Shown piece after piece: positions 9,584 to 19,586 of a stretch of 64,000 bases of DNA. The notes beneath the pieces are model-generated. The model was given only the letters and a program-made list of their open reading frames with translations, did not search any database and was not told where the DNA came from. The stretch's first letter is position 1. Every line of letters begins with the position of its first letter. The DNA is taken from assembly GCA_963716745.1 (NCBI GenBank), contig OY970320.1:1248001-1312000 (forward strand), read 5' to 3'. This DNA is from an uncultured Gemmatimonadaceae bacterium. GTDB taxonomy: Bacteria; Gemmatimonadota; Gemmatimonadetes; Gemmatimonadales; Gemmatimonadaceae. The position numbers and the translations under genes are program-made.

Positions 9584-9823
9584 CTACGCCCCGTCCTCGA
9601 AGCCGGCGTCGCGCTCGCGCGCGGTGACCACGCGAACGATCGTTCCGGCCACGACCGTGGCCGCCGGATCGAGGGGCAGGCCGCGGCTGTCGGTGAGGGT
9701 GCGCGCTCCCTGCTCCACTTCGCGCGCGGCCTCGGCATTCCAGGCGCGCACCGCGTCGAGCGCCGGCGCGGCCTCGGGGACCTCCACACGGCCGCCGTTC
9801 ACGAACACCGGGACCATTCTCAT
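9584..9823 (-). CDS. Small hypothetical protein, possible beta-grasp (ubiquitin-like) fold
   Basis: VFVNGGRVEVP..LDAVR..LTDSRGLPLD..GTIVRVV pattern; typical codon usage; TAGCTT-N6-ATG start; 3 bp before add. Confidence 0.7.
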   Translation of the reverse strand: MRMVPVFVNGGRVEVPEAAPALDAVRAWNAEAAREVEQGARTLTDSRGLPLDPAATVVAGTIVRVVTARERDAGFEDGA

Positions 9824-10016
9824 CTGCACAAGCTAGCGGCGCCCCGCGCGGTGAGGGAGGGCGCGCCAGCGGCCGTGCGCCACCGGTTGACCGGGCGCGC
9901 GGGAGGCGCGAATTTCGCTTGCGGCGTGCTCTCTCATGCGCTGATACCAGATCGTGACCGACCGCCGCCCACGCCGCGCTGGCCGCGCGCCAAGTTTCCC
10001 CCTCAGTCACGGGTCG

Positions 10017-10645
10017 ATGAAGCCACTGCTCGTTGGGATCGCCGGCGGCACCGGCTCGGGCAAGAGCACCGTCGCGCGGCGGGTCAGCGAAGCGGTGCGT
10101 GGTGCGTCCGCGATCGCGCTCGACATGGACGCGTATTACCGCAACCTCACGCAGCTCACGCTCGAGCAACGGCGGCACGTCAACTGGGACCATCCGGATG
10201 CGTTCGATTTCGACCTCCTGCTCGCGCACCTCGAGTCGCTGGCGGCGCGGCAGCCGATCGACAAGCCCGTCTATGACTTCGTCTCCCATCTTCGCAGCGA
10301 CCAGCATGTGCGCGTCGAGCCCGCCGACGTCGTCGTCGTCGATGGCATCCTCCTCCTCGCCGATGCGCGCATCCGCGCGCGTTGCGACGTGACGGCCTAT
10401 CGTCGACACCGACGCCGACATCCGTCTCGTGCGCCGCATCCGGCGCGACATGCGCACGCGCGGGCCGGCCGCTCGATGAGATCCTCGAACAGTACCTCAG
10501 CAGCGTGCGGCCGATGCACCTCGAGTTCGTCGAGCCCACGAAGCAGTACGCCGAGGTGATCATCCCGCACGGCGGCCACAACGATCGCGCGGTGGATATG
10601 CTCGTCGCGCGCATCCACGAACGACTTGCCGGAGCCCGCGCATGA
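10017..10645 (+). CDS. udk: Uridine kinase (frameshifts ~10398, ~10460)
   Basis: [21 protein letters not shown] and [16 protein letters not shown] motifs split over frames. Confidence 0.9.
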
Positions 10646-11332
10646 CACAAGCCAGCGGCGAGCGCGTGCTCGTCGTGGATGACGAACCGGACATCGTCGC
10701 GCTCGTCGCGTACCATCTCGCGAAGGCCGGCTATCGCGTGAGCACGGCCGCGACCGGCCCCGACGCCCTGCGCGCGGCGCGCGAGGAACGTCCGGCGCTC
10801 GTCGTGCTCGACCTCATGCTGCCCGGCATGTCCGGCTTCGACGTGCTCGAGAAATTGCGCGCGCACGATGCCACCCGCGAGGTGGCGGTGCTCATGCTCA
10901 CCGCGCGCAAGGAAGAACCCGACCGCATCCGCGGGCTCACGCTCGGCGCCGACGATTATCTCACGAAGCCGTTCAGTCCCGCCGAGCTGATCCTGCGCGT
11001 CGGCGCGATCCTGCGCCGCGATCGGCGCCGGCGGCGCGGACACGCTCGCGGTGGGGCCGCTCACGATCGACCGCGCGGCGCACACGGTGAGTGTCGAGGG
11101 GCGGCCGCTCGAACTCACGGCCACCGAATACAAGTTGCTCCTCACGCTCGCGGAGCGGCGCGGCCGCGTCCAAGCGCGCACGCAGTTGCTCCAGACGGTG
11201 TGGGACGCCGCGCCCGACATCCAGACGCGCACCGTGGACATGCACGTCCAGCGCCTGCGCACCAAGCTCGGCGGCGCCGGCGATCTCATCGAGACGGTGC
11301 GCGGCTTCGGCTATCGACTGAAAGGCGCATGA
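10642..11332 (+). CDS. phoB: OmpR/PhoB family response regulator (frameshift ~11023)
   Basis: REC domain ([21 protein letters not shown]) plus wHTH ([29 protein letters not shown]) in the next frame; pst context. Confidence 0.88.
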
Positions 11333-13032
11333 GGCTCGGCCAGCGTCTGTTGATCGGCACCGCCGGCGTGATCGGCGTGCTCATTGTCCTCATCGTCGCC
11401 CTGGGCGGCGCGCGGATGTCGAACGAGCTCGAGGCGTGGCAGCGCGATGAGCTCCTGCGCGAAGTGCGTTTCGTGGCGGCGGAATGGAAGGTGGCCTCGG
11501 ACGCGCCGGCACTCGCGCGCGTAGCGGGTCTCGCCCTCGGCCACCGCGTGACGCTCATCGACAGCGCCGGCCGCGTGCTCGGCGATTCAGAGTTCGAGGG
11601 CGACGCGCTCAACACGCTGCAGAATCACGCGGACCGCCCTGAGGTCATCGCGGCGATGCATGGACAAGTAGGAGTGTCGCGCCGCGACAGTCCTTCGATC
11701 GGCGATAAGCGGCTGTACGTCGCCGTCGCGGCGCCCCGAGGGGTGGCGCGCGTGTCGGCTGACGCGGGCGAGCTCGACGCCGCGATCGCGCGAGTGCGTC
11801 GCGATGTGTTCGCCACCGGGATCATCGCACTGCTCGTCGCGCTCGCGCTCGCCGCGCTGTTCGCGCGCGGCGTCGCGCGGCCGATCGTCGAGCTCCGCGA
11901 TGTGACGCAGGCGCTCGCCGCCGGCGATCTCTCGCGCCGCCCCGCGCTCTCCGCGCCCGGCGAAGTCGGCGATCTCGCCGACGCCGTGCACCGCATGGCG
12001 GAGCAGCTGGAGGCTCGGCTCGCCGCGCTGCAGGATGATGACGCCCTCATGGCCGCGATGATCGACCTGCTGCAGGAGGGCGTCGCCGCGGTGAACGCGC
12101 AGCGGCAGGTGATCATTCTCAACGCGCCCGCGCGGCGGCTGCTCAACATCACCGACGCGGTCCCCTTCTCCGCCGACCTGCTCCCGCGCGATCCCGAGCT
12201 GCGCGACGCGCTCGCCGGCGCGCTCGCGGGCCATCCGTCGGATCCGTCGGAGATCTCGCTCGGCGGACGCACGGTGATGCTCACCGCGCGCCCGCTGCGC
12301 GATCGCGGCGGACTGCTCGCGTTCTTCGACCTCACCAACACGCGCCGCCTCGAGGCGGTGCGCCGCGATTTCGTCGCCAATGTTTCGCACGAACTGAAGA
12401 CGCCGATCACGGTGATCGGCGGATTCGCCGAGACGCTCGCCACCGACGATCCGCCGGCGGCGGAGCGGCGCCGGTTCGTCGACGCGATCCTCGGCAACGC
12501 GCGCCGCATGCAGCGCCTCGTGGATGACTTGCTCGATCTCTCGCGCATCGAGTCGGGCGGCTGGGTGCCCAAGCCGGAGCGCAACGACCTGCGCGCGGTG
12601 GCCAGCGAGATCATCGCGGCGTTCGCTGCCGCCGCCGCCGAGCGCGACATCAAGCTCGACATGAGCATCGATCATCGCGCGTTCGAGCTGCGCGCCGACG
12701 CGACGGCGCTGCGCCAGATCTTCAGCAATCTCGTGGACAACGCGATCCGCCACACGCCCGCGGGCGGCCGGATCACGATCTTCTCGCAGCCCGATGGCGC
12801 CGGCATCGCGCTCGGCGTGCGCGACACCGGCATTGGCATCGCGGCCGAGCATTTGCCGCGGATCTTCGAGCGCTTCTATCGCGTGGACGCGGCGCGGTCA
12901 CGCGAGGGCGGAGGCACCGGACTCGGATTGGCGATCGTGAAGCACCTGGTGGAAGCGCATGGTGGCCGCGTGACGGCTGCGAGTTCGGGCGCGAAGGGGG
13001 CGACGGTGAGGGCGTTCTTTCCGGTGAGCTGA
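11329..13032 (+). CDS. phoR: PhoR-like sensor histidine kinase (HAMP-PAS-HisKA-HATPase)
   Basis: NHADRPEV, RRDFVANVSHELKTP, RIFERFYRVD and GGTGLGLAIVKH; ATGA overlap with phoB. Confidence 0.9.
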   Translation: MRLGQRLLIGTAGVIGVLIVLIVALGGARMSNELEAWQRDELLREVRFVAAEWKVASDAPALARVAGLALGHRVTLIDSAGRVLGDSEFEGDALNTLQNHADRPEVIAAMHGQVGVSRRDSPSIGDKRLYVAVAAPRGVARVSADAGELDAAIARVRRDVFATGIIALLVALALAALFARGVARPIVELRDVTQALAAGDLSRRPALSAPGEVGDLADAVHRMAEQLEARLAALQDDDALMAAMIDLLQEGVAAVNAQRQVIILNAPARRLLNITDAVPFSADLLPRDPELRDALAGALAGHPSDPSEISLGGRTVMLTARPLRDRGGLLAFFDLTNTRRLEAVRRDFVANVSHELKTPITVIGGFAETLATDDPPAAERRRFVDAILGNARRMQRLVDDLLDLSRIESGGWVPKPERNDLRAVASEIIAAFAAAAAERDIKLDMSIDHRAFELRADATALRQIFSNLVDNAIRHTPAGGRITIFSQPDGAGIALGVRDTGIGIAAEHLPRIFERFYRVDAARSREGGGTGLGLAIVKHLVEAHGGRVTAASSGAKGATVRAFFPVS

Positions 13033-13043
13033 ACTGCTGCACA

Positions 13044-13083
13044 GTTACTCATACGTGACATCTCCGCGCGGAAGGACGTGACA
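13044..13083 (+). promoter_or_regulatory. Candidate Pho box (GTTAC-N6-GTGAC, extra GTGAC at 13078)
   Basis: 11-bp-period direct repeat downstream of phoR, same motif at three other sites. Confidence 0.6.
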
Positions 13084-13130
13084 CGCTGTGGAGATACTTC
13101 CGGCACACAATCAAGCGCCGGAGTCAGCAC

Positions 13131-13388
13131 GTGAGTACCGAACTGAAGTACACCCTCGAAGCCCACCGAGACGCCGCCACGCTCTATGTGACAGGCACCC
13201 TTTCCACGCATGGCGTGATCGCGGCGATGCATTGCTGCGAATCGCTCCCCGAACCGGTCCGCAATCTGCGCGTCGACCTGCGCGGCACGCTCGGCGCAGA
13301 GCCGAGCGCCTTCGATGCGCTCGCGTTCACGACACGCCGGTGGCGCGACACGCGCGAAGGCACCACGCGGATCGATCTGCCGCGATAG
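13131..13388 (+). CDS. Small STAS-like protein
   Basis: GGAG RBS; ATLYVTGTL..LRVDLRG..SAFDAL pattern resembles STAS/anti-anti-sigma. Confidence 0.6.
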   Translation: MSTELKYTLEAHRDAATLYVTGTLSTHGVIAAMHCCESLPEPVRNLRVDLRGTLGAEPSAFDALAFTTRRWRDTREGTTRIDLPR

Positions 13389-13437
13389 TCGATCCCTGAC
13401 GCGGTAGAACCGCCCTGGTCCCGAACAACGGTGTCCC

Positions 13438-13453
13438 GTGACACCCCCGTTAC
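13438..13453 (+). promoter_or_regulatory. Candidate Pho box upstream of pstS
   Basis: GTGAC-acccccc-like N6-GTTAC, 11-bp period (GTGAC 13438, GTTAC 13449). Confidence 0.65.
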
Positions 13454-13522
13454 CGTTTGGTCGCTCTTCCTTTACGAGGGAGCGACACCTTCACAGCGCA
13501 TTCCAACCTCAGGGAGTCCACC

Positions 13523-14545
13523 GTGTCGAAGCGATCTCTCGTAATGCTGGCGGCGCTGCTCGCCGCCGGAGCGGCCAGCGCGCAGGATTTGAACGGCGCC
13601 GGGGCCACGTTCCCATATCCGATCTACAGCAAATGGTTCTCGGACTACGCCGCGGCCACGAACATCAAGATCAACTATCAGTCGATCGGCTCGGGCGGCG
13701 GCATTCGCCAGTTCACCGCCGGCACGGTCGATTTCGGCGCGTCGGATGCGCCGATGTCCAACGATGAGATGAGCAAACTGCCCGCGCCGGCGTTCCACTT
13801 CCCCACCGTGCTCGGCGCCGTGGTGATTACGTACAACATTCCGGGCTTCGACGGCTCGCTCAAGCTCACTGGCCCGGTGATCGCCGACATCTTCGCCGGG
13901 AAGATCGCCAAGTGGAACGACACCCGCATCACATCGCTCAACAAGGGCGTGAATCTCCCGTCGGCCGACATCCTTGTGGTGCACCGCTCCGACGGCAGCG
14001 GCACCTCCTACATCTTCACCGACTACCTCTCCACGGTGAGCCCCTCGTGGGCCGCCGCGCCGGGCAAGGGCAAGGAAGTCGCGTGGCCGGTGGGACTCGG
14101 CGGCAAGGGCAATGAGGGCGTCGCCGGTCTCGTGAAGCAGACGCCGGGCTCGATCGGTTATGTCGAGATCGCGTACGCGAACCAGAACAAGATGCCGAGC
14201 GCAGAGCTGCAGAATGCCGACGGCGAGTGGGTGAAGGCGACCATCGAGACCGTCACCGAGGCCGCGTCGGGGGCGGTGGCGAAATTGCCCGAGAATAGCG
14301 ACTATCGTATCTCGATCGTGAACGCGCCGGGCAAGAAGTCGTACCCGATCTCGTCGTTCACATGGCTCCTCGTGTACCAGACGCAGACTGACGCGGCGAA
14401 GGGGAAGAACCTGGTGAACTTCCTCAAGTGGTATCTGCACGACGGACAGAAGTCCACAGCGGCGCTGGACTATGCCCCGCTGCCGTCCTCGCTCGTGAAG
14501 CGGCTCGACAAGCAGGTGGCCGCGATCAAGCTGCCCGCGATGTAG
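13523..14545 (+). CDS. pstS: Phosphate ABC transporter substrate-binding protein
   Basis: Signal peptide; GAGATFPYP, YQSIGSGGG, DFGASDAP and HRSDGSGTS motifs. Confidence 0.97.
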   Translation: MSKRSLVMLAALLAAGAASAQDLNGAGATFPYPIYSKWFSDYAAATNIKINYQSIGSGGGIRQFTAGTVDFGASDAPMSNDEMSKLPAPAFHFPTVLGAVVITYNIPGFDGSLKLTGPVIADIFAGKIAKWNDTRITSLNKGVNLPSADILVVHRSDGSGTSYIFTDYLSTVSPSWAAAPGKGKEVAWPVGLGGKGNEGVAGLVKQTPGSIGYVEIAYANQNKMPSAELQNADGEWVKATIETVTEAASGAVAKLPENSDYRISIVNAPGKKSYPISSFTWLLVYQTQTDAAKGKNLVNFLKWYLHDGQKSTAALDYAPLPSSLVKRLDKQVAAIKLPAM

Positions 14546-14555
14546 TGCTGCACCG

Positions 14556-14590
14556 CCGGGCGCCGCGATCGGGATGATCGCGGCGCCCGG
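14556..14590 (+). terminator. GC-rich 15-bp stem-loop after pstS (stabiliser or terminator)
   Basis: CCGGGCGCCGCGATC-gggat-GATCGCGGCGCCCGG. Confidence 0.6.
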
Positions 14591-14616
14591 TACCACTCAC
14601 CCACTCAGAGAGAGAC

Positions 14617-15837
14617 ATGAACCGCCAACTGTTGAGTTCGCTCACGCTGGTGCTCGCATCGGTCGCGAGCGTCGCCGTTCCGGCCGCGGCGCAGACCTTC
14701 TCGTTCGGCTCCACGCCGCCGGCCGCGGTCGCCGCGAAGGACAGCACCACGCCGAAGCCGGTCGCCAAGGATTCCGTGCCGCCCAAGCCCGAGTTCAAGC
14801 CGAGCTGGAGCTTCAACACCTGGATCTTCGGCACCTATACGTACCAAACAGACAGCGTGACCAAAGCGGCGAACAACGGCGATCCCACCTCCAAATTCAC
14901 CGTCGATCGCGCTTACCTGACCTTCCGCGGGCAGGTCGCTCCTGACTGGGGTTTCCGCGTGACGACCGACGTCTTCACCATCGGCGCCCCGGCCCCCGCG
15001 TATGCCGGATTGGGGATCCGCCTCAAGTACGCATGGATGCAGTGGGACTTCGCGCATGCCGCGGAACCGAACGACCTCTCGGCATTCGGCCGCATTGGCC
15101 AGATCACGACCGTCGTGATCGATGACGAGGAACACTACTGGGCGCGTTGGATCCAGAAGACCGCCGTCGAGTTCTGGGGCATCCAACCGGCCTCGTCGGA
15201 CCTCGGAGTGGGTGCTCAGGTGAACCTGCCCGGCAAGTGGGGTGCGGCGTACGGCGTTCTCGATAACGGCGGCGGCTACACTGTCGCCAACGACGCGGAC
15301 CGCTATAAGGACGCTGCGCTCAGGCTCTCCCTCACGCCGCTGGCCAAGGGCAACTCACTGTTGAAGACCTTCGAGGTCAGCGGCTGGTACCAGGCAGGCC
15401 GCACGCAGGGCCCGGGGATCGCACCGGGTTACAAGCCCGGCCTCGACAACAACGCATACGGCGTGTACGTCGGCAACGCCGATCCGCGTTTCACGTTCGG
15501 ACTCGAGTATGCCGAGCGCCTGACGCAGTCAGTGGTGCCGACCGATTCTTCGATCGCGGACAACACGGCCAAGCTCACCGACGGATTCGTGATCGTCCGG
15601 CCGTTCCTGTTCGCCGATCCGAAGGGCGCGCCGCTCGGCATCATCTTCCGCTACGACAATTACCAGCCGAACACGAACGTCAGCCTGAAGCAGAATCTGC
15701 TCATCGTGACCGTATTCTACGATGTGGCGAAGTCGTCCTCGCTCGGTATCTCGTACCAGGGACAGACGCAGAGCTCGCCCACGAGTGCCGTGGGGCAGAA
15801 GACGATGTACCAGCTGAATTACCAGATCACGTTCTAA
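14617..15837 (+). CDS. Outer-membrane beta-barrel porin, putatively phosphate-selective
   Basis: Signal peptide; FTVDRAYL and RLKYAW motifs; C-terminal beta-signal YQLNYQITF; between pstS and pstC. Confidence 0.75.
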   Translation: MNRQLLSSLTLVLASVASVAVPAAAQTFSFGSTPPAAVAAKDSTTPKPVAKDSVPPKPEFKPSWSFNTWIFGTYTYQTDSVTKAANNGDPTSKFTVDRAYLTFRGQVAPDWGFRVTTDVFTIGAPAPAYAGLGIRLKYAWMQWDFAHAAEPNDLSAFGRIGQITTVVIDDEEHYWARWIQKTAVEFWGIQPASSDLGVGAQVNLPGKWGAAYGVLDNGGGYTVANDADRYKDAALRLSLTPLAKGNSLLKTFEVSGWYQAGRTQGPGIAPGYKPGLDNNAYGVYVGNADPRFTFGLEYAERLTQSVVPTDSSIADNTAKLTDGFVIVRPFLFADPKGAPLGIIFRYDNYQPNTNVSLKQNLLIVTVFYDVAKSSSLGISYQGQTQSSPTSAVGQKTMYQLNYQITF

Positions 15838-15840
15838 GAA

Positions 15841-15907
15841 CTGCAAAGGCGCGTGTGGCCGTTGACGTGTAGCTACGACACGTCAACGGCCACACGTGTA
15901 TTTGCAG
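15841..15907 (+). terminator. Long stem-loop after porin gene
   Basis: 19-bp perfect IR CGTGTGGCCGTTGACGTGT/ACACGTCAACGGCCACACG plus outer CTGCAAA/TTTGCAG. Confidence 0.65.
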
Positions 15908-15954
15908 CCGCCGTCCCATACGCCAAGCGCCACACGCGCATTAGCGGGTGCCGT

Positions 15955-15970
15955 GTGACACTCTCGTTAC
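15955..15970 (+). promoter_or_regulatory. Candidate Pho box upstream of pstC
   Basis: GTGAC (15955) and GTTAC (15966), 11-bp period. Confidence 0.65.
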
Positions 15971-16040
15971 GGTCGCGGACGCTTATTCGGCACAGTGACG
16001 CCGCATTCTTCGGGTCACTCATGAATCCGCCTCCCCGCGC

Positions 16041-17021
16041 ATGACGCTCGACCGATCGACCGAACCCGGAGCGCCGGCCGAGATCGCCATTCACGGCGTG
16101 TCACGCGGCGATGCGGTGTACCAGGGCGCGATCTCTCTGTTCGCCCTGTCCGTTCCAGCGCTGCTCCTCGCGATCGCGCTCGCCGTCGCCATCGCGGGCT
16201 GGCCCGCCCTGCGCCAATTCGGCCTCTCCTTCCTCACCTCGAGCGCCTGGGATCCGGTGAACGGACAGTTCGGCGCGGCGCCCGCGATCTACGGCACGAT
16301 CGTGTCGTCGATCATCGCGCTGATCGTCGCGACGCCCTTGGCCCTCGGCGTCTCGCTCTTCCTCTCGGAGTTCGCGCCGCTTTGGATGCGGCAGCCGGTG
16401 GCGTTCCTCGTGGATCTCCTCGCCGCGATCCCGAGCGTGGTGTACGGACTCTGGGGGATCTTCGTGCTGCTGCCGTTGCTCCGCGATCCGGTCATGCCCT
16501 TCCTGCGCGATACGCTGCACTTGGGCTCCACCGTGTTCTTCTCGGGGCCGGCGTACGGACCGAGCATGCTGGGCGCGGGATTGATCCTTGCGATAATGGT
16601 GTTGCCTTACATCGCGTCGGTCTCGCGCGAGGTGCTGTACGCTGTGCCGCGCTCTCAGCGCGAGGCGGCCCTGGCGCTCGGCGCCACACGGTGGGAGATG
16701 ATCCGGCACGCGGTGCTCCCCTTCGCGCGCTCCGGCATCTTCGGCGGGATCATCCTGGGCCTGGGCCGCGCGCTCGGCGAGACGATGGCCGTGACCATGC
16801 TCATCGGGAACCGCCACGAGATCTCGGCATCGCTCTTCGCGCCGGGCTACACCATGGCGTCGCTGATCGCGAACGAGTTCAGCGAAGCGACGAGCGACCT
16901 CCATCTCAGTTCGCTGATGGCCGTGGGCTTCGTGCTGCTCATCATGACGCTCATCGTGAATATGCTCGCGCGCTGGCTGCTCTGGTCCGTGACCCGGCGC
17001 GCGACGGGGAAGGCCGCGTGA
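16041..17021 (+). CDS. pstC: Phosphate ABC permease PstC
   Basis: WDP..FG, LAAIPSVVYGLWG and GRALGETMAV motifs. Confidence 0.96.
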   Translation: MTLDRSTEPGAPAEIAIHGVSRGDAVYQGAISLFALSVPALLLAIALAVAIAGWPALRQFGLSFLTSSAWDPVNGQFGAAPAIYGTIVSSIIALIVATPLALGVSLFLSEFAPLWMRQPVAFLVDLLAAIPSVVYGLWGIFVLLPLLRDPVMPFLRDTLHLGSTVFFSGPAYGPSMLGAGLILAIMVLPYIASVSREVLYAVPRSQREAALALGATRWEMIRHAVLPFARSGIFGGIILGLGRALGETMAVTMLIGNRHEISASLFAPGYTMASLIANEFSEATSDLHLSSLMAVGFVLLIMTLIVNMLARWLLWSVTRRATGKAA

Positions 17022-17947
17022 CCGCGCCGTCGGTGGGTGCGATCGTTCCCGGCGCGCCGCGTCCGACGCAGCGCCAGCGCGCGTTCGCGGAGCGCGCCGA
17101 GCGCACCGTTGGCCGGCGGAAATTCACGAACAGCGTGATGCTGACGCTGCTCAGCCTTGCGGCGATCGCAGCCACGCTGCCGCTGCTCTTCATCCTCGGA
17201 CACCTTATCACGAAAGGCGCCCAATCGTTGAGCTGGGACTTCTTCACGAAGATGCCGAAGCCCGTGGGCGAAGCCGGCGGCGGATTGGCGAACGGCATTG
17301 TCGGCACGCTCATCCTCGTGGCGCTTGGCGGGATCGTCGGGTTGCCGCTCGGCATTGGCGCTGGCTTGTACTGCGCCGAGCACAAGACGAGCGCGCTGGC
17401 GAACGTCGTGCGCTTCCTGAGCGATGTACTGAACGGGATGCCATCGATCGTGATGGGCATCTTCGCGTGGGAAGTGCTCGTGCGGCCGGTGCATCACTTC
17501 TCCGCGCTTGCCGGCGGCATTGCGCTCGCGGCGATGATGATCCCGATGGTCGCGCGCACCACCGAAGAGATGGTGCTCACCGTGCCGAACACGCTGCGCG
17601 AAGCGGCGCTCGCACTCGGCTATGCACGCTGGCGCACATCGCTCACGATCGTGCTGCGCACGGCCGGCGCCGGGATCGTCACCGGCGCGCTCGTGGCGAT
17701 CGCGCGCATTGCCGGCGAAACGGCGCCGCTGCTCTTCTCGGCGTTCGGGAACCAGTTCTGGTCCACTTCACTGCGGCAGCCGATCTCGGCGCTGCCGCTC
17801 CAGATCTACACTTACGGGATCAGCCCTTATGATGAATGGCACTCCCTCGCCTGGGCCGGAGCCCTCGTCCTCATCGCTCTCGTCCTCGCCATCAGCCTTG
17901 CTGCCCGTTTCGCGACCCGCGGACATGGCGCCGTCAGCAGCGACTAG
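17018..17947 (+). CDS. pstA: Phosphate ABC permease PstA
   Basis: [17 protein letters not shown] and [14 protein letters not shown] overlap with pstC. Confidence 0.95.
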   Translation: MTAPSVGAIVPGAPRPTQRQRAFAERAERTVGRRKFTNSVMLTLLSLAAIAATLPLLFILGHLITKGAQSLSWDFFTKMPKPVGEAGGGLANGIVGTLILVALGGIVGLPLGIGAGLYCAEHKTSALANVVRFLSDVLNGMPSIVMGIFAWEVLVRPVHHFSALAGGIALAAMMIPMVARTTEEMVLTVPNTLREAALALGYARWRTSLTIVLRTAGAGIVTGALVAIARIAGETAPLLFSAFGNQFWSTSLRQPISALPLQIYTYGISPYDEWHSLAWAGALVLIALVLAISLAARFATRGHGAVSSD

Positions 17948-18773
17948 TCCGGGCCGGCGCACCGGGTTCGTCCTCCCGGAGCGGAAGTCCACCGGGATCG
18001 AAGCGCCCGCGCGCGACCGGATCACCGTCTCGAACCTCAATGCGTGGTTCGGGAACGTGCATGCCGTGCGCGGCGTGTCGCTCACCGTGCCCGAGCGGCG
18101 CGTCACCGCGATGATCGGACCGTCGGGATGCGGCAAGTCCACCTTCCTGCGCACGCTCAATCGCATGCACGAGACCGTGAGCGGCGCGCGCGCCACCGGC
18201 AGCGTGCTGCTCGATGGGCGCGACGTGTACGCGAAAGGCGTGAATCCGGTGCAGGTGCGCCGTCACATTGGGATGGTCTTCCAGCGTCCGACGCCGTTCC
18301 CGACCATGACGATCCGCGAGAACGTCGCGGCCGGCCTGCGCGTGCTCGGCGACGACACGCCGGACAAGCAGGCGACCGCCGAGATCGTGGAGAAGGCGCT
18401 CAAGCGCGCCGCGCTGTGGGACGAGGTGAAGGACCGCCTGGGCACGAGCGCGATGGGACTCTCCGGCGGCCAGCAGCAGCGCTTGTGCATCGCGCGCGCG
18501 CTCGCGACGGAGCCGGAGGTGCTGCTCCTCGATGAGCCCACGGCGTCGCTCGATCCGATCAGCACGCAGAGCGTGGAAGAGTTGGTGTGGGAGCTGCGCA
18601 AGGACTTCACCGTCGTGATCGTGACGCACAACATGCAGCAGGCCGCGCGCGTCTCGGACTTCACCGCGTTCTTCTTGCTCGGCGAGCTGGTGGAAACGGG
18701 CGCTACCGAGCAGCTGTTCACGACGCCGAGAGATTCGCGCACCGAGAGCTATCTCACGGGCCGCTTCGGATGA
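17925..18773 (+). CDS. pstB: Phosphate ABC ATPase, copy 1
   Basis: [23 protein letters not shown] and YLTGRFG. Confidence 0.95.
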   Translation: MAPSAATSPGRRTGFVLPERKSTGIEAPARDRITVSNLNAWFGNVHAVRGVSLTVPERRVTAMIGPSGCGKSTFLRTLNRMHETVSGARATGSVLLDGRDVYAKGVNPVQVRRHIGMVFQRPTPFPTMTIRENVAAGLRVLGDDTPDKQATAEIVEKALKRAALWDEVKDRLGTSAMGLSGGQQQRLCIARALATEPEVLLLDEPTASLDPISTQSVEELVWELRKDFTVVIVTHNMQQAARVSDFTAFFLLGELVETGATEQLFTTPRDSRTESYLTGRFG

Positions 18774-18791
18774 GCGCGGTCCCGTCACTCG

Positions 18792-19586
18792 ATGCAGGAC
18801 ACGGGTGCCGCGCGCCGGCAGCGCGCGGCGGGCCGCGGCGCGATCGCGGCGCGCGCCTATTCGTTCTGGTACGGGAAGAAGCAGGCGCTGCACGATATCG
18901 ATCTCGTGATCAAGCCGCGCTCCGTCACCGCGTTCATCGGACCGTCGGGCTGCGGCAAGTCCACGTTCCTGCGCTCCATGAACCGGCTGCAGGAGCTGAT
19001 CCCCGGCGCGCGGCACACGGGGGCCATCGAGCTCGATGGCGAGGACATTTACGCGCCCGGCTTCGACGCCGTGTCGCTGCGACAGCGCGTGGGTATGGTG
19101 TTCCAGCGCTCGAACCCATTCCCCAAGTCGATCTACGAGAACGTCGCGTTCGGCCCGCAGCTCAACGGCACGCGCGCGCGCGCCGATCTCGATGGTATCG
19201 TGGAGCTCGCGCTGCGCCGCGCCGCGCTCTGGGACGAAGTGAAGGACCGCCTGCGCCAGAATGCGCTCGGCCTCTCCGGCGGACAGCAACAGCGCCTCTG
19301 CATCGCGCGCGCCCTCGCGAACGAGCCCGAGGTGCTGCTGCTCGACGAGCCGGCGAGTGCGCTCGATCCGATCGCCACGCAGAAGGTGGAAGAGTTATTG
19401 TACGAGTTGAAGCGCGAACTCACGATCGTCATCGTGACGCACAATCTGCAGCAGGCCGCGCGGGTATCCGAGGTCACCGCGTTCTTCTACCTGGGGCGCC
19501 TCATCGAGACCGACGAGACGAGCCGCCTCTTCACTAGCCCGCGCGAGCAGCGCACCGAAGCGTACGTCACCGGGAGATTCGGATGA
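18792..19586 (+). CDS. pstB: Phosphate ABC ATPase, copy 2 (true start may be ATG 18770 with an indel)
   Basis: [20 protein letters not shown] and YVTGRFG. Confidence 0.93.
   Translation: MQDTGAARRQRAAGRGAIAARAYSFWYGKKQALHDIDLVIKPRSVTAFIGPSGCGKSTFLRSMNRLQELIPGARHTGAIELDGEDIYAPGFDAVSLRQRVGMVFQRSNPFPKSIYENVAFGPQLNGTRARADLDGIVELALRRAALWDEVKDRLRQNALGLSGGQQQRLCIARALANEPEVLLLDEPASALDPIATQKVEELLYELKRELTIVIVTHNLQQAARVSEVTAFFYLGRLIETDETSRLFTSPREQRTEAYVTGRFG

Noticed and set aside
7988..10276. Long antisense or alternate-frame ORFs (also 22863-24320, 29552-30907, 39528-41303, 54500-56830, 58047-59567)
   Set aside because: Shadow ORFs typical of high-GC DNA: Arg/Ala-rich, no motifs, opposite well-supported genes
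10642..13032. 796-aa REC-histidine kinase fusion in the ORF track
   Set aside because: Artefact of an indel at ~11023; the PhoB wHTH is in another frame and phoR has its own ATGA-coupled start at 11329
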